A stretch of 35,668 bases of DNA. Origin: a virus. Lineage: Duplodnaviria > Caudoviricetes. Where the stretch lies: IMG/VR virus record IMGVR_UViG_3300026187_000042, positions 1 through 35,668 of that record; one strand, given 5' to 3'. Both the position numbers and the translations under genes were made by a program. The notes below the pieces were generated by a model. That model worked only from the letters and a program-made list of their open reading frames with translations. It searched no databases and had not been told where the DNA came from. Shown here piece after piece: positions 1-8,880 of this stretch (its first letter is position 1; the number at the start of each line of letters is the position of its first letter).

Positions 1-140
1 AAAAAAAAAAAAAATTTTGAACAATTATTGAAAGCACATATTTCAGGTGATAAAAAAAAGGTTGAAGAACTTGAAAAAAAATTAAAACAAGATGGCGAGT
101 AATTTTAGCGTAATAGAAAACAAATTTTACAACCAAATAA
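1..140. repeat. Terminal direct repeat / circular overlap, left copy
   Basis: 15-140 is identical to 35543-35668. The first 14 bases are pure A and differ from 35529-35542 at 3 positions, probably an end artefact. Confidence 0.95.
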
Positions 141-2461
141 AGAATGGAATTGCGTTTTCAAATAATTTAGGGCAATATACAACGAGCATAAAAAGTAATT
201 CAGGGGATGTTATCAAATTAGTTCAAACAATTGAATTGGCTGTTGCTGTCAACTTGGATGAAACTGAATTAATGACAATAAGTACATTACCATTTGATGC
301 AACAAATGCTGAAATAAAAGCTGATTCGACTGATTGGTTTGCGGAAGGCATTTATCCAACTGCATCAATAAGGGTTGAACGTGGAGGTTTATTTTATAAT
401 ATAACCGTTTTAAATATTACGGGAGTTGGAAACACAAAATTAGTCATTTCAGATGCAAATATGACAGGAATGATCGCTGCATTAGGGTTGACAGATTTAG
501 GGGAATATTCTGATTTAGTTTTTAAATTAACAACCGTTCCAACACATTGTATTTTTAAATACAAATTAAATCCATTAACATTGGCTGTTCCAAATTATGA
601 TAGCCCATTAGATGATAATGAGCAATCGTATTATGCAAAAGCAATACCAACAAGCCCAACATTTGAAACAATGGCATTTTTAGGTGGTGAAAATGGTTCA
701 AGTATGTCAGAAGTTGAAATTGCATATTTAACAACTTATGAGAATTACAGACATAGGCTTCAAATAAATCATATTTTCAAAAACCCTTATTACGTTTCCG
801 GCGAAATAATTAATATTCAAGATGCAATAAAACCGGCATTACTTTCAGGTTCAAACACATTAAGGTATGACAATTATTTTAGGATTGGCGTATCTGCTTA
901 TCAAAATTCTATATTTTATAATAATGGTTTAACGGGTGATTGTGGTTATTTTAACGAAAATTACAACGGGAATATTAATAATTATACAATTGAAAATGTT
1001 TTAATAACAAACGCAAGTGCAACGGGAAAGTTGGAGGCAACAGAAACAAACACATTAACATTTGATGTTGTTACAACGGGAACGTGGAATGCCGGTGTTG
1101 GGGGTGTTTTATCACACTCAAAATTGCCTCCATTAGCTGAATACCAAAACAAAACTGAAGCGTTTAACAGCATTTGGTTGTTTGATAACATTTTTAATAC
1201 TGAAAGCGGTGCGGCTGCTAGTAGTGGTATTTATACCAACTTTGAATTTTCAATAACAGCATCAGATACAATTTCAGTTAGTGTTGACATTGATTTTTCT
1301 GCATCTCAACAATTAAAAATTAGTGACACATCATATTATGCGTTATGGTTTGGGATAGCAAATGAAGATTTAACAGATGCTGATTTGATTGACAGGGTTA
1401 ATTTAATCATTGATGTTGATAGGTATTCAAAAAATACAGATGTTGCAAACCTTATTACAAATTACACACCTGAATTTCGTGAAGAATTTAGAGGGTTAAG
1501 TGGTGTAAGTTATACTAATTTTTCAGGTGGTGATGGTGATTTATGGAGTGCTATTTATGCGCTTGTAACAGATACCACAAAGCAAACAACGATAACAAAA
1601 GCGAGGTTTAAAATAGTGGCTGATAATGGAACGGAATCTTTTTTAATCGGAAAGCCTACTAACTTTCCTTTAGGGCTTCCAACTGTTATAACTGACGGTA
1701 GTTATATTTATCAAATAATAAATGTTAACACAGTAAATTCATTAAATGTTCCTGAAGATGTTCCTGTGAAAACATTACAAGCAATAGAAAATGTTCCGGC
1801 ATCATTGCCAAGCACAACACAAGATGTTGTTTTTAAAGTAGGGTTTCAAGTGCCTTGGAGAGATTGGATAGAAAATTTAAATGTTCCTTTACTTGCTTTT
1901 TACGATCCATCAGAACCTAACGATAATCGAAACGAAAAGACTTCTAATTATTCAAATGTTTCAAGTTATGATATTTACGGTGTTTTAGAATTAACCGTAT
2001 TGAATAATGTAGAAGATACGCCAACTATTTACGAATTATATTCAGATTCAAGTACAATAATTGATTTTGATTCATCGGGGTGGGTTGGTTTTTCAGGTGA
2101 TGCTAAACTATACGATGAAGATGGCATTGAAGTTAGTCAATTAGAAGATGGAAGGGATTTGATTATTAAAATTGAATGTACTCACGGTTCAGGTTTATTA
2201 TCCCTTCAATCATTGGGTGCGTTTGTTTGGATGGAAATAAATGGCGCAACAGCATCACCAAGTTATTTATCTTCATCATTTGACTACACTTCTGATGAAA
2301 ACAGATTGCAACCATCTGACGAATTAGGTACGGGGAATACACAATACGTTGAAATATTAAGCGAAACAAACAAAGTAACATTAATTTGCAAAACAAATTC
2401 TGATAATTTAGTTGCCGGATTAGATTATTACATCAGAGGGCGTTTATGGCATAAAATATAA
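92..2461 (+). CDS. Large putative virion (tail/baseplate region) protein
   Basis: 789-aa ORF rich in T/S/N/I and acidic residues; follows the tape measure and 602-aa tail genes across the circular junction. Confidence 0.6.
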   Translation: MASNFSVIENKFYNQIKNGIAFSNNLGQYTTSIKSNSGDVIKLVQTIELAVAVNLDETELMTISTLPFDATNAEIKADSTDWFAEGIYPTASIRVERGGLFYNITVLNITGVGNTKLVISDANMTGMIAALGLTDLGEYSDLVFKLTTVPTHCIFKYKLNPLTLAVPNYDSPLDDNEQSYYAKAIPTSPTFETMAFLGGENGSSMSEVEIAYLTTYENYRHRLQINHIFKNPYYVSGEIINIQDAIKPALLSGSNTLRYDNYFRIGVSAYQNSIFYNNGLTGDCGYFNENYNGNINNYTIENVLITNASATGKLEATETNTLTFDVVTTGTWNAGVGGVLSHSKLPPLAEYQNKTEAFNSIWLFDNIFNTESGAAASSGIYTNFEFSITASDTISVSVDIDFSASQQLKISDTSYYALWFGIANEDLTDADLIDRVNLIIDVDRYSKNTDVANLITNYTPEFREEFRGLSGVSYTNFSGGDGDLWSAIYALVTDTTKQTTITKARFKIVADNGTESFLIGKPTNFPLGLPTVITDGSYIYQIINVNTVNSLNVPEDVPVKTLQAIENVPASLPSTTQDVVFKVGFQVPWRDWIENLNVPLLAFYDPSEPNDNRNEKTSNYSNVSSYDIYGVLELTVLNNVEDTPTIYELYSDSSTIIDFDSSGWVGFSGDAKLYDEDGIEVSQLEDGRDLIIKIECTHGSGLLSLQSLGAFVWMEINGATASPSYLSSSFDYTSDENRLQPSDELGTGNTQYVEILSETNKVTLICKTNSDNLVAGLDYYIRGRLWHKI

Positions 2462-2464
2462 GAT

Positions 2465-3391
2465 ATGGCAATTAAATTAACACCAAGCTCATCAAATACA
2501 AATACAATTGAATATTTGCACACAGAAGAATTGTTTTCTTGCCGTAAAAGTTATGAAATACCACCTGATGTTTGTAGCGCATTATCTTGCAGACAACCAA
2601 TACCTGTTTTTGCTGATTTGGTAAACACCACATCAACACGAAATAATGATTTTACCAAATGGAGATATTCAGCCCCAATAGGTGGCTCAGTTGAATGTAT
2701 TTTAACAAGATGTGATACTAACACAACCTATACAATAAACGACACAACTTATGGTGCATTTATGGATGTTGGAGATTTAGCAACATATCCTAATGATTGG
2801 TCATTTGCAATTGAGTGGTTTCGTGTTGCAAATTTAATAGGCTTTGGAACTTATTCATTAGAATTTACTATAAAAGACACTTCATTAAATACGGTTTTTT
2901 CAGAATCAACACCATGTTATTTTTTACAACCGTATAGTTGTGATGATGCCAATGGAACTGTAAGATTTGAAGTTTTACAAAATGGTTATAATCAAAGCGG
3001 TTTTGATTGGAGTGGTTTTACAGGTTTGTTTAAATTATTTACAAAGCAACAAATTAGATTAAACGGTTATGTTAAAAAAACAGCCATTTCAGAAACTGAT
3101 TATGTTACAACGTCACAATATAAATCTGACCACGTTCAAACAAGGGTTTACCACGAATATGAAGTAACGTTAAGGAGTGTTGACGAATATGTTTATTTAA
3201 AATTGGTAAAAGGTTTGTTGTTAGAAATGCCGGTGATGTTAACCGTTTATGACACATCAAATGACACAAATTATGATAATTTTGAAGTTAAATTTTTAGA
3301 TGTTGAAATTGAAGAATTTGACAAAAACCGACAATCAAATGTGAAAATAAAATTTGATGATTATTCAAGAAATAACATAAAAAGATACTAA
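2465..3391 (+). CDS. Putative virion/tail protein
   Basis: 308-aa ORF tightly coupled in the late operon; no recognisable catalytic motif. Confidence 0.5.
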   Translation: MAIKLTPSSSNTNTIEYLHTEELFSCRKSYEIPPDVCSALSCRQPIPVFADLVNTTSTRNNDFTKWRYSAPIGGSVECILTRCDTNTTYTINDTTYGAFMDVGDLATYPNDWSFAIEWFRVANLIGFGTYSLEFTIKDTSLNTVFSESTPCYFLQPYSCDDANGTVRFEVLQNGYNQSGFDWSGFTGLFKLFTKQQIRLNGYVKKTAISETDYVTTSQYKSDHVQTRVYHEYEVTLRSVDEYVYLKLVKGLLLEMPVMLTVYDTSNDTNYDNFEVKFLDVEIEEFDKNRQSNVKIKFDDYSRNNIKRY

Positions 3392-3717
3392 TGACAAAAA
3401 CAGGTGAACAATATTTTTTGGTTTCAGGTTCTTTAATTGAACAATATTCAGGTGCATCAGATTTTAATACAGATTCATTGGAATTACCAAATAAGATTTT
3501 TATAATATACGCAGAAAGCACTCACACAAGTGGATCACCAAAAATTGACGTTGAATTTTCTAATGATGGAACAAATTGGTTTGTTTATAAAAGCCAACAA
3601 TCTGTAAGTTTACCACAAACAATTTGGGATGATGAATTTTTGCCAAGATATATGCGTTTAAAATATGCAGCAAATTCATCCAATGGAAATGTAACTTTTA
3701 CAATAGTTAATTTATGA
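3391..3717 (+). CDS. Small putative structural protein
   Basis: 108 aa; TAATG overlap with the upstream gene; beta-strand-like composition. Confidence 0.5.
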   Translation: MTKTGEQYFLVSGSLIEQYSGASDFNTDSLELPNKIFIIYAESTHTSGSPKIDVEFSNDGTNWFVYKSQQSVSLPQTIWDDEFLPRYMRLKYAANSSNGNVTFTIVNL

Positions 3718-4472
3718 TAGATTTAAGAGAAGATACGACCAAAGAATATCGTTATGAAGTTGCAATGGGTAACGTTTACGGTAGTTCAACGTGGAATAAA
3801 TTTGGTTATAATGCAGATATAAATGGGGTTGCTGAAGTTGTCGCATCATTTGGTGGAACGTTTAATATAATGACAACAGCTGACACATTAAATGTTGTTT
3901 CAACATCAAATAATGATAGGTCAGGAGGGCAAGCAGCAAGAACAATTCTATTGATTGGTATTGATTCAAACGGAGATTACCAAGAAGAAACCGTAACAAT
4001 GAATGGTCAAACACCTGTAACCACATCAAACACTTGGTTAGGTATCAATAGGGCGTATGTTGCATCAGTTGGAAATTCTAACTATAATCAAGGTGATATA
4101 ACAATTTCTGACACATCAGCTGTTTTTGGAACACAAGCGCAAATTCCATCAATGAAAGCTATAACGCAACAATCAATTTTTCACGTTGAATCAGGGTATA
4201 AATTTTTATCAGATTGGTTAGAAATAAATTCCTCAAGACAAGGTGCTACACCATTTATTCAGGTTTTTGGTTATGTTTACGACAGATCAACGAATGTAAG
4301 GCAACAAATATTCACAACAAGCACAGGTGATGGTCAGTCAAGCGAATTGCAATTAACACCATCACAACCTTTTATTATTGGTGAAGATAGTGTATTATAT
4401 TTTGAAGCAACATCAGACCATACAAATACATTTGTTTCATTAAGATTTTCAGGAATTCTAAGAAAGATATAA
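3714..4472 (+). CDS. Phage protein, probably virion-associated
   Basis: 252 aa; ATGA overlap; T/S/G-rich, with a KFGYN motif near the N-terminus. Confidence 0.5.
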   Translation: MIDLREDTTKEYRYEVAMGNVYGSSTWNKFGYNADINGVAEVVASFGGTFNIMTTADTLNVVSTSNNDRSGGQAARTILLIGIDSNGDYQEETVTMNGQTPVTTSNTWLGINRAYVASVGNSNYNQGDITISDTSAVFGTQAQIPSMKAITQQSIFHVESGYKFLSDWLEINSSRQGATPFIQVFGYVYDRSTNVRQQIFTTSTGDGQSSELQLTPSQPFIIGEDSVLYFEATSDHTNTFVSLRFSGILRKI

Positions 4473-4473
4473 A

Positions 4474-4887
4474 ATGAGAGATATAGAATACATAGTTATT
4501 CATTGTGCGGCAACAAAGCCATCAATGGATGTTCCAATTGAGCGAGTTAGAAAATGGCATTTAGATAGAGGTTGGTCAGACATTGGTTACCATTACTATA
4601 TTACAAGGGATGGAAAAATTCATAATGGTAGAGATTTAAGTATTGTTGGTGCGCACGTTAGCGGATATAATAAAAACAGTATTGGAATATGTTATGAAGG
4701 CGGCATAAATGAAAAAGGTGATCCGGAAGATAACAGAACAGATGAACAAAAGAAATCATTGCTTAAAGTTGTTAAGATTTTAAAATTTGTTTTTAAAAAT
4801 GCAGTTGTTCAAGGTCACAGAGATTTTCCAAATGTTAAAAAAGCGTGTCCATCATTTGATGCTAAAAACGAATACAAAAATATATGA
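4474..4887 (+). CDS. Endolysin, N-acetylmuramoyl-L-alanine amidase (Amidase_2, T7 lysozyme-like)
   Basis: Motifs IVIHCAAT, IGYHYYI, GAHV, SIGICYEGG, GHRD, KACPSF (Zn ligands H/H/C). Confidence 0.95.
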   Translation: MRDIEYIVIHCAATKPSMDVPIERVRKWHLDRGWSDIGYHYYITRDGKIHNGRDLSIVGAHVSGYNKNSIGICYEGGINEKGDPEDNRTDEQKKSLLKVVKILKFVFKNAVVQGHRDFPNVKKACPSFDAKNEYKNI

Positions 4888-5354
4888 GAGAAAAAGGAAG
4901 ATTAAAAAAGTGGCTAAAAGATAACGGAAAAAACGCATTAGGGAACGTTTTAGACACAATTGGCGAAAATACGTCTATACCTATTGCAAGTAAATTAATT
5001 GAGGGCATAGGCGAATCTTTGATGGATGATAAAAAAATAAGTGAGGAAGATAAAAAAGAGATTGCTAAAATGATAGAATTTGAATTAAGGGAATTAGAAA
5101 TTCTTGAATCAAATTTAACTGAACGCCACAAAAATGATATGCATAGTGATTCGTGGATGTCAAAAAATGTTAGACCAATAATACTATTGTTCAGTTGGTT
5201 TTTATTAGTCCTTATGATGGTTTTTGCTTGGTTTGACAAATCTTTACCATCAAATTATGTTTCGCTATTCGAAACACTTTCTTTGGCTGTTACAGGTGGT
5301 TATTTCGCATTAAGGACTGTTGAAAAAAGAAATTCAAAAAAATATAATAAATAA
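4884..5354 (+). CDS. Putative holin (GTA 3TM-holin-like)
   Basis: Next to the endolysin; DSWMSKNVRP motif, two hydrophobic segments and a basic C-terminal tail. Confidence 0.7.
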   Translation: MREKGRLKKWLKDNGKNALGNVLDTIGENTSIPIASKLIEGIGESLMDDKKISEEDKKEIAKMIEFELRELEILESNLTERHKNDMHSDSWMSKNVRPIILLFSWFLLVLMMVFAWFDKSLPSNYVSLFETLSLAVTGGYFALRTVEKRNSKKYNK

Positions 5355-5365
5355 CAATATTTGAT

Positions 5366-5373
5366 TATATTTG
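5366..5373 (+). promoter_or_regulatory. Bacteroidota-type -7 promoter element (TATATTTG)
   Basis: Matches TAnnTTTG; no + strand ORF lies between it and the terminator at 5434-5463. Confidence 0.55.
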
Positions 5374-5378
5374 AAATT

Positions 5379-5463
5379 AAATAAATTTATTCTGATTGTT
5401 TTTTAGTAAATTTATTTCTCTTTATCATAGCTTCCTCCATCCTTAATTGGGTGGAGGTTTTTT
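5379..5463 (+). ncRNA. Candidate small RNA antisense to early-gene start sites
   Basis: Promoter, 11-bp hairpin (5379-5389/5407-5417), linker containing TCATAGCTT (reverse complement of AAGCTATGA), then an intrinsic terminator. Confidence 0.45.
5434..5463 (+). terminator. Rho-independent terminator ending the late/lysis operon
   Basis: CCTCCATCC-ttaatt-GGGTGGAGG stem followed by T6. Confidence 0.85.
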
Positions 5464-5513
5464 GTTTATCTCAGGGCATAAATAAAAAAAAATAATTTTT
5501 TTTCATTTTTTTA

Positions 5514-5546
5514 GTTGTTTATTAATATATTATATATATATTTGTA
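5514..5546 (+). promoter_or_regulatory. Early promoter, TTG-N19-TATATTTG
   Basis: TTG 5515-5517 and TATATTTG 5537-5544; 30/33 identical to 11306-11338. Confidence 0.8.
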
Positions 5547-5580
5547 ATGGCAATAAAGCTAACAACTAAAAAAAAGCAAA

Positions 5581-5751
5581 ATGACAACTACAATGACACC
5601 AACAGGAGAACAAGTAAAATACGAAAACAAAAGAGTATTTAATATTTACTCAAAAATGACAAAAAGTGGAATGCGTTTTTATCGGTATTCAAGAGGGCGG
5701 TTTTTCCCAATATCAAAAACGGAAATAAACGAAAGAATATTTATTAAATAA
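5581..5751 (+). CDS. Small basic hypothetical protein (56 aa, MTTTMTPTGEQVKY...ERIFIK)
   Basis: Read by hand; first gene after the promoter; preceded by the conserved TAAAAAAAAGCAAAATG leader. Confidence 0.7.
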   Translation: MTTTMTPTGEQVKYENKRVFNIYSKMTKSGMRFYRYSRGRFFPISKTEINERIFIK

Positions 5752-5773
5752 TAAAACAAATAAAAATCAAAAA

Positions 5774-5798
5774 GGGGGGGTGCGCATCCATAACGCAC
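5774..5798 (+). promoter_or_regulatory. GC-rich leader hairpin / possible pseudoknot upstream of erf
   Basis: G7 run, then GTGCG-catccataa-CGCAC stem, in an otherwise very A-rich intergenic region. Confidence 0.5.
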
Positions 5799-5817
5799 AA
5801 AATTAAAAAAAAGCAAA

Positions 5818-6363
5818 ATGAAAAATTTATTCAAAAGTTTATCTGCATTTCAAACAGAAGTGCCAACAATCCACAAAGGAACAAAAGGTTATGGTTACAG
5901 TTATGCTTCATTGCCTGAAATCTTTACAGTAATCAACCCATTGTTAAAAAAACACGGTTTAGGGTTCACGCAATTATTAAATTCTGATGAATCAGGTGAT
6001 TGGATCAAAACAATAGTTTATCACGTTGATTCCGGAGAAAATATTGAATCATTAACACGAATTCCAAAGGCAGCATTAAAAGGTCAAAATGAATATCAAG
6101 CATTCGGTTCAGGTTGCACATATTATCGTAGGTATTCAATAAGCTGCATTTTGCGTTTGGTAACTGATATTGATAATGATGCAGCAGATATAAAGAAACA
6201 GCCAAATGTATCAACAAAAACTAATGTTGAAAAAAAGCCAATAAGCAATGAAAGGTTTTCAAAAGCATTGGAGCAAATTAAAAAGGGTAACGCATCAATT
6301 GAATTATTAATTGATACATTTAACTTAACAAATGAACAAAACAAACAAATTGAAAAGCTATGA
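5818..6363 (+). CDS. erf: ERF-family single-strand annealing recombinase
   Basis: GYGYSYASLPEI, PLLKKHGL, QAFGSGCTYYRRYS, DIDND motifs. Confidence 0.9.
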   Translation: MKNLFKSLSAFQTEVPTIHKGTKGYGYSYASLPEIFTVINPLLKKHGLGFTQLLNSDESGDWIKTIVYHVDSGENIESLTRIPKAALKGQNEYQAFGSGCTYYRRYSISCILRLVTDIDNDAADIKKQPNVSTKTNVEKKPISNERFSKALEQIKKGNASIELLIDTFNLTNEQNKQIEKL

Positions 6364-6992
6364 ATTTAATAATAAGATGTTCATCTCTTGGAAAGATAAT
6401 GACTAATTCAAGGTCAAAATCTGATCCATTGTCAAAAACTTGCAAATCTGAAATTAAAAATTTAGTGAAACAAGAATTGTTTGGTTATAAAACTTTTATT
6501 GACAATAAATATGTAAAGAAAGGAATACAAGTTGAGGATGATTCAATTAAACTTTATAATGAAGTATTTTTTACTAATTACAAAAAAAACACCGAGCGTT
6601 TGAATAATAATTGGATAACCGGTGAATGTGATATAAATACAGGTAAAAAAATAATTGACATTAAATCTCCGTGGTCAGCAGAAACATTTCCGTCAACAGA
6701 AGATGATATTGATGCAAGTGATTACGAATGGCAATTGCGTGGTTATATGATGCTATACAAAATGGAATTTTCTGAACTTGCTTATTGCCTTGTTGATACA
6801 CCTGATGAATTATTGGGCTACGAACAAAACCTAAACATTCACAAAGTAAGCCATATTGATCCTGATTATAGGGTGACAATAAAAATGTTTGAACGAGATT
6901 TGGAATTAGAAAACCAAATAATTGAACGGATTGAATTATGTAATGAATACGCAATAAAATATAAAAATAAAATAATAAACAAAAACAAATAA
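6360..6992 (+). CDS. YqaJ/lambda-exonuclease-like PD-(D/E)xK nuclease
   Basis: IRCSSLG, KGIQVE, GECD, IIDIKSPW, YEWQLRGYM; partner position after erf. Confidence 0.85.
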   Translation: MNLIIRCSSLGKIMTNSRSKSDPLSKTCKSEIKNLVKQELFGYKTFIDNKYVKKGIQVEDDSIKLYNEVFFTNYKKNTERLNNNWITGECDINTGKKIIDIKSPWSAETFPSTEDDIDASDYEWQLRGYMMLYKMEFSELAYCLVDTPDELLGYEQNLNIHKVSHIDPDYRVTIKMFERDLELENQIIERIELCNEYAIKYKNKIINKNK

Positions 6993-6993
6993 G

Positions 6994-7353
6994 ATGAAAA
7001 AAGTAAAAGATTTTAATGAATACATCCTTGTTAAGGATAATAAGATACCAAAAGTTGGGGATGTAGCATTTAAACAAGATGATTGGAGGGAGGAATATCC
7101 TTTTATTATTATTGAGGCATCAAAGAATGATGATAAATTTCTTTTAATTAATGATGTAAAAGAAAAACATAATGTATATAATGTGTTTGGTTTTAACGAA
7201 AAAGAAGGATTTAGGAAATTTACTTTTTCTGCAAACGCATTTTTAAAATCTATTAAAATAAGGAAGAATAGTAAAAAAGAAAAACAATTATTAGAGTCTA
7301 TAGATAAACAATTTTCAGAGTATATTTTAAACAAACAAAAACAAATAAAATGA
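6994..7353 (+). CDS. Hypothetical protein
   Basis: 119-aa ORF coupled to both neighbours. Confidence 0.6.
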   Translation: MKKVKDFNEYILVKDNKIPKVGDVAFKQDDWREEYPFIIIEASKNDDKFLLINDVKEKHNVYNVFGFNEKEGFRKFTFSANAFLKSIKIRKNSKKEKQLLESIDKQFSEYILNKQKQIK

Positions 7354-7697
7354 GTTACACAATTGAAGGTAAAATTATCTCAATAGGAGAGGTAAAAGAA
7401 TTTGATAATGGAGCAAAAGCTGTCAGTTATCAAGTTGAAACAAACGAACAATATAATAATTTATATTCGTTTGAAATGTATAAAGGTGCTGAATACGTTG
7501 AACACGTTGATAATTTTATTAAATACAATAAAGTAGGCGATTCACTTAGGGTTGAATGGAACGTTAGAACAAAGGAGTACAACGGTAGATTTTTTACAAG
7601 TTTATCATCTTGGAAAATTGAAAAATTAGGAACAGGTGAAAACAAAACTGAAAAATCTATTTTGGAAGAAGCGGTTGAAAATGATTTGCCATTTTAA
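7350..7697 (+). CDS. DUF3127-like OB-fold single-stranded DNA-binding protein
   Basis: IEGKIISI, KVGD, REY-like KEYNGRFFTSLSSWKIE, and the SSB-type acidic tail NDLPF. Confidence 0.8.
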   Translation: MSYTIEGKIISIGEVKEFDNGAKAVSYQVETNEQYNNLYSFEMYKGAEYVEHVDNFIKYNKVGDSLRVEWNVRTKEYNGRFFTSLSSWKIEKLGTGENKTEKSILEEAVENDLPF

Positions 7698-7707
7698 ATA
7701 AACAAAA

Positions 7708-7739
7708 AAAAGGAGTTCACTAATTAGTGAACTCCTTTT
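7708..7739. terminator. Bidirectional intrinsic terminator (perfect 32-bp palindrome)
   Basis: AAAAGGAGTTCACTAATTAGTGAACTCCTTTT. Confidence 0.85.
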
Positions 7740-7740
7740 A

Positions 7741-7763
7741 AATATAATTTTTATATATTTGTA
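7741..7763 (+). promoter_or_regulatory. Promoter of the replication operon
   Basis: TATATTTG at 7754-7761, just after the terminator and 21 nt before ATG 7783. Confidence 0.7.
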
Positions 7764-7782
7764 GAAAATAAAAACAGAAAAA

Positions 7783-7923
7783 ATGAAAACAATTAAAAGA
7801 AAATTAGTAGAAATGCCGGATGAATTGTTTAAAAATGTTCAAAGGGTTGCAAAAAAAAGTGAAAGAAGTGTCAATAAGCAGATAATCTTTATGCTAAGAG
7901 ATTTTTTTGATAAAAAAAATTAG
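7783..7923 (+). CDS. Arc-like ribbon-helix-helix transcription regulator (46 aa)
   Basis: Hand translation MKTIKRKLVEMPDELFKNVQRVAKKSERSVNKQIIFMLRDFFDKKN has the Arc pattern (MPDEL...A...RSVN.QI..L). Absent from the ORF track. Confidence 0.8.
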   Translation: MKTIKRKLVEMPDELFKNVQRVAKKSERSVNKQIIFMLRDFFDKKN

Positions 7924-7933
7924 ATAAAAAGTT

Positions 7934-8500
7934 TTGACATTAAACAAACGAAAATGCAAAGAATGTGGTGTGATATTCCAAAAAATCAGACCATTGCAAA
8001 GCGTTTGTTCTCCAAAATGTGCTTTTTTACAATCAAAAAAACAACGTGAAAAGCAGAGTAAAAAAGATTGGCGGAAAAGAAAAAAAGAAACAAAGGAGAA
8101 GTTAAAAACAAAAAAAGATTATGAAAAGGAATTGCAACAAGTGTTCAATGAGTTTATCAGGTTGCGAGATCAAGACCAAAATTGTATAAGTTGTGGAAGG
8201 CAAGTATACGGAAAATGTGATGCCGGTCATTTTTATCCTGTTGGAAGTTACAAGAACCTAAGATTTGATGAAGATAATGTTCACAAGCAATGCGTTCATT
8301 GCAACCAACATAAACACGGCAATTTAAATGAATATGCGTTAAATTTGCCACAAAGAATTGGTTTATGTAATTTTAAAAAGCTAAATGAAAACCGATTAAA
8401 AGAAAGGCACTATTCAATTCCTGAATTGATTGAGTTAAAAAAAACCTATAAAGAGAAAATAAAAAAACTAAAACAAAATGACAGAGGAATATTTGATTAA
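7934..8500 (+). CDS. ninG: NinG/Rap-family recombination endonuclease
   Basis: CKEC..CSPKC, FNEFIRLRD, CISCG, DAGHF, LRFDEDNVHKQCVHCNQHKHGN. Confidence 0.9.
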   Translation: MTLNKRKCKECGVIFQKIRPLQSVCSPKCAFLQSKKQREKQSKKDWRKRKKETKEKLKTKKDYEKELQQVFNEFIRLRDQDQNCISCGRQVYGKCDAGHFYPVGSYKNLRFDEDNVHKQCVHCNQHKHGNLNEYALNLPQRIGLCNFKKLNENRLKERHYSIPELIELKKTYKEKIKKLKQNDRGIFD

Positions 8501-8876
8501 AGTAGTCACTGAAAGCATATTAAACAAAGATTACGAAACAGCATTAAGGTTCATTGAATTAGAAATGCAGCCCAAAACATTGCCTAAAAACTTTGAAGAA
8601 AATGTAATCAATACGGTTTGTTCTTATTGCAAAATAACTAAGTTAGAATTGATAAAACCCACAAGAAAAAGAGAAAATGTGGATGCAAGAAAAATGGTGT
8701 CTAAAATTTTAAGAGATAAAAATTATACATTTTCTCAGATTGGTAAAAAATTAGGTAGAAAAGATCATTCATCAATTGTGTATTATTGTAAAAATGCAAA
8801 CAATTTAATTAAGACTGATAAGGTTTTTAGAACATCTTATGAAAATATTCTTGAAATTATAAACCAAAAAAACTAA
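8478..8876 (+). CDS. DnaA C-terminal HTH-like DNA-binding protein
   Basis: TRKRENVDARKM...TFSQIGKKLGRKDHSSIVY resembles DnaA domain IV. Confidence 0.75.
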   Translation: MTEEYLIKVVTESILNKDYETALRFIELEMQPKTLPKNFEENVINTVCSYCKITKLELIKPTRKRENVDARKMVSKILRDKNYTFSQIGKKLGRKDHSSIVYYCKNANNLIKTDKVFRTSYENILEIINQKN

Positions 8877-8880
8877 AGCT

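Noticed and set aside
1-14. Poly-A start as a biological feature or true terminal repeat end
   Set aside because: It differs from the matching right-end copy only by G/C-to-A changes; most likely a contig-end error, and the 140-bp overlap is assembler-like rather than a proven physical terminal repeat.
5387-5428. Minus-strand 13-aa ORF MIKRNKFTKKQSE with a GGAGG upstream
   Set aside because: It would be the only minus-strand gene, the GGAGG is part of the terminator stem, and Bacteroidota rarely use SD sequences. Kept only as the alternative explanation for the sRNA finding.
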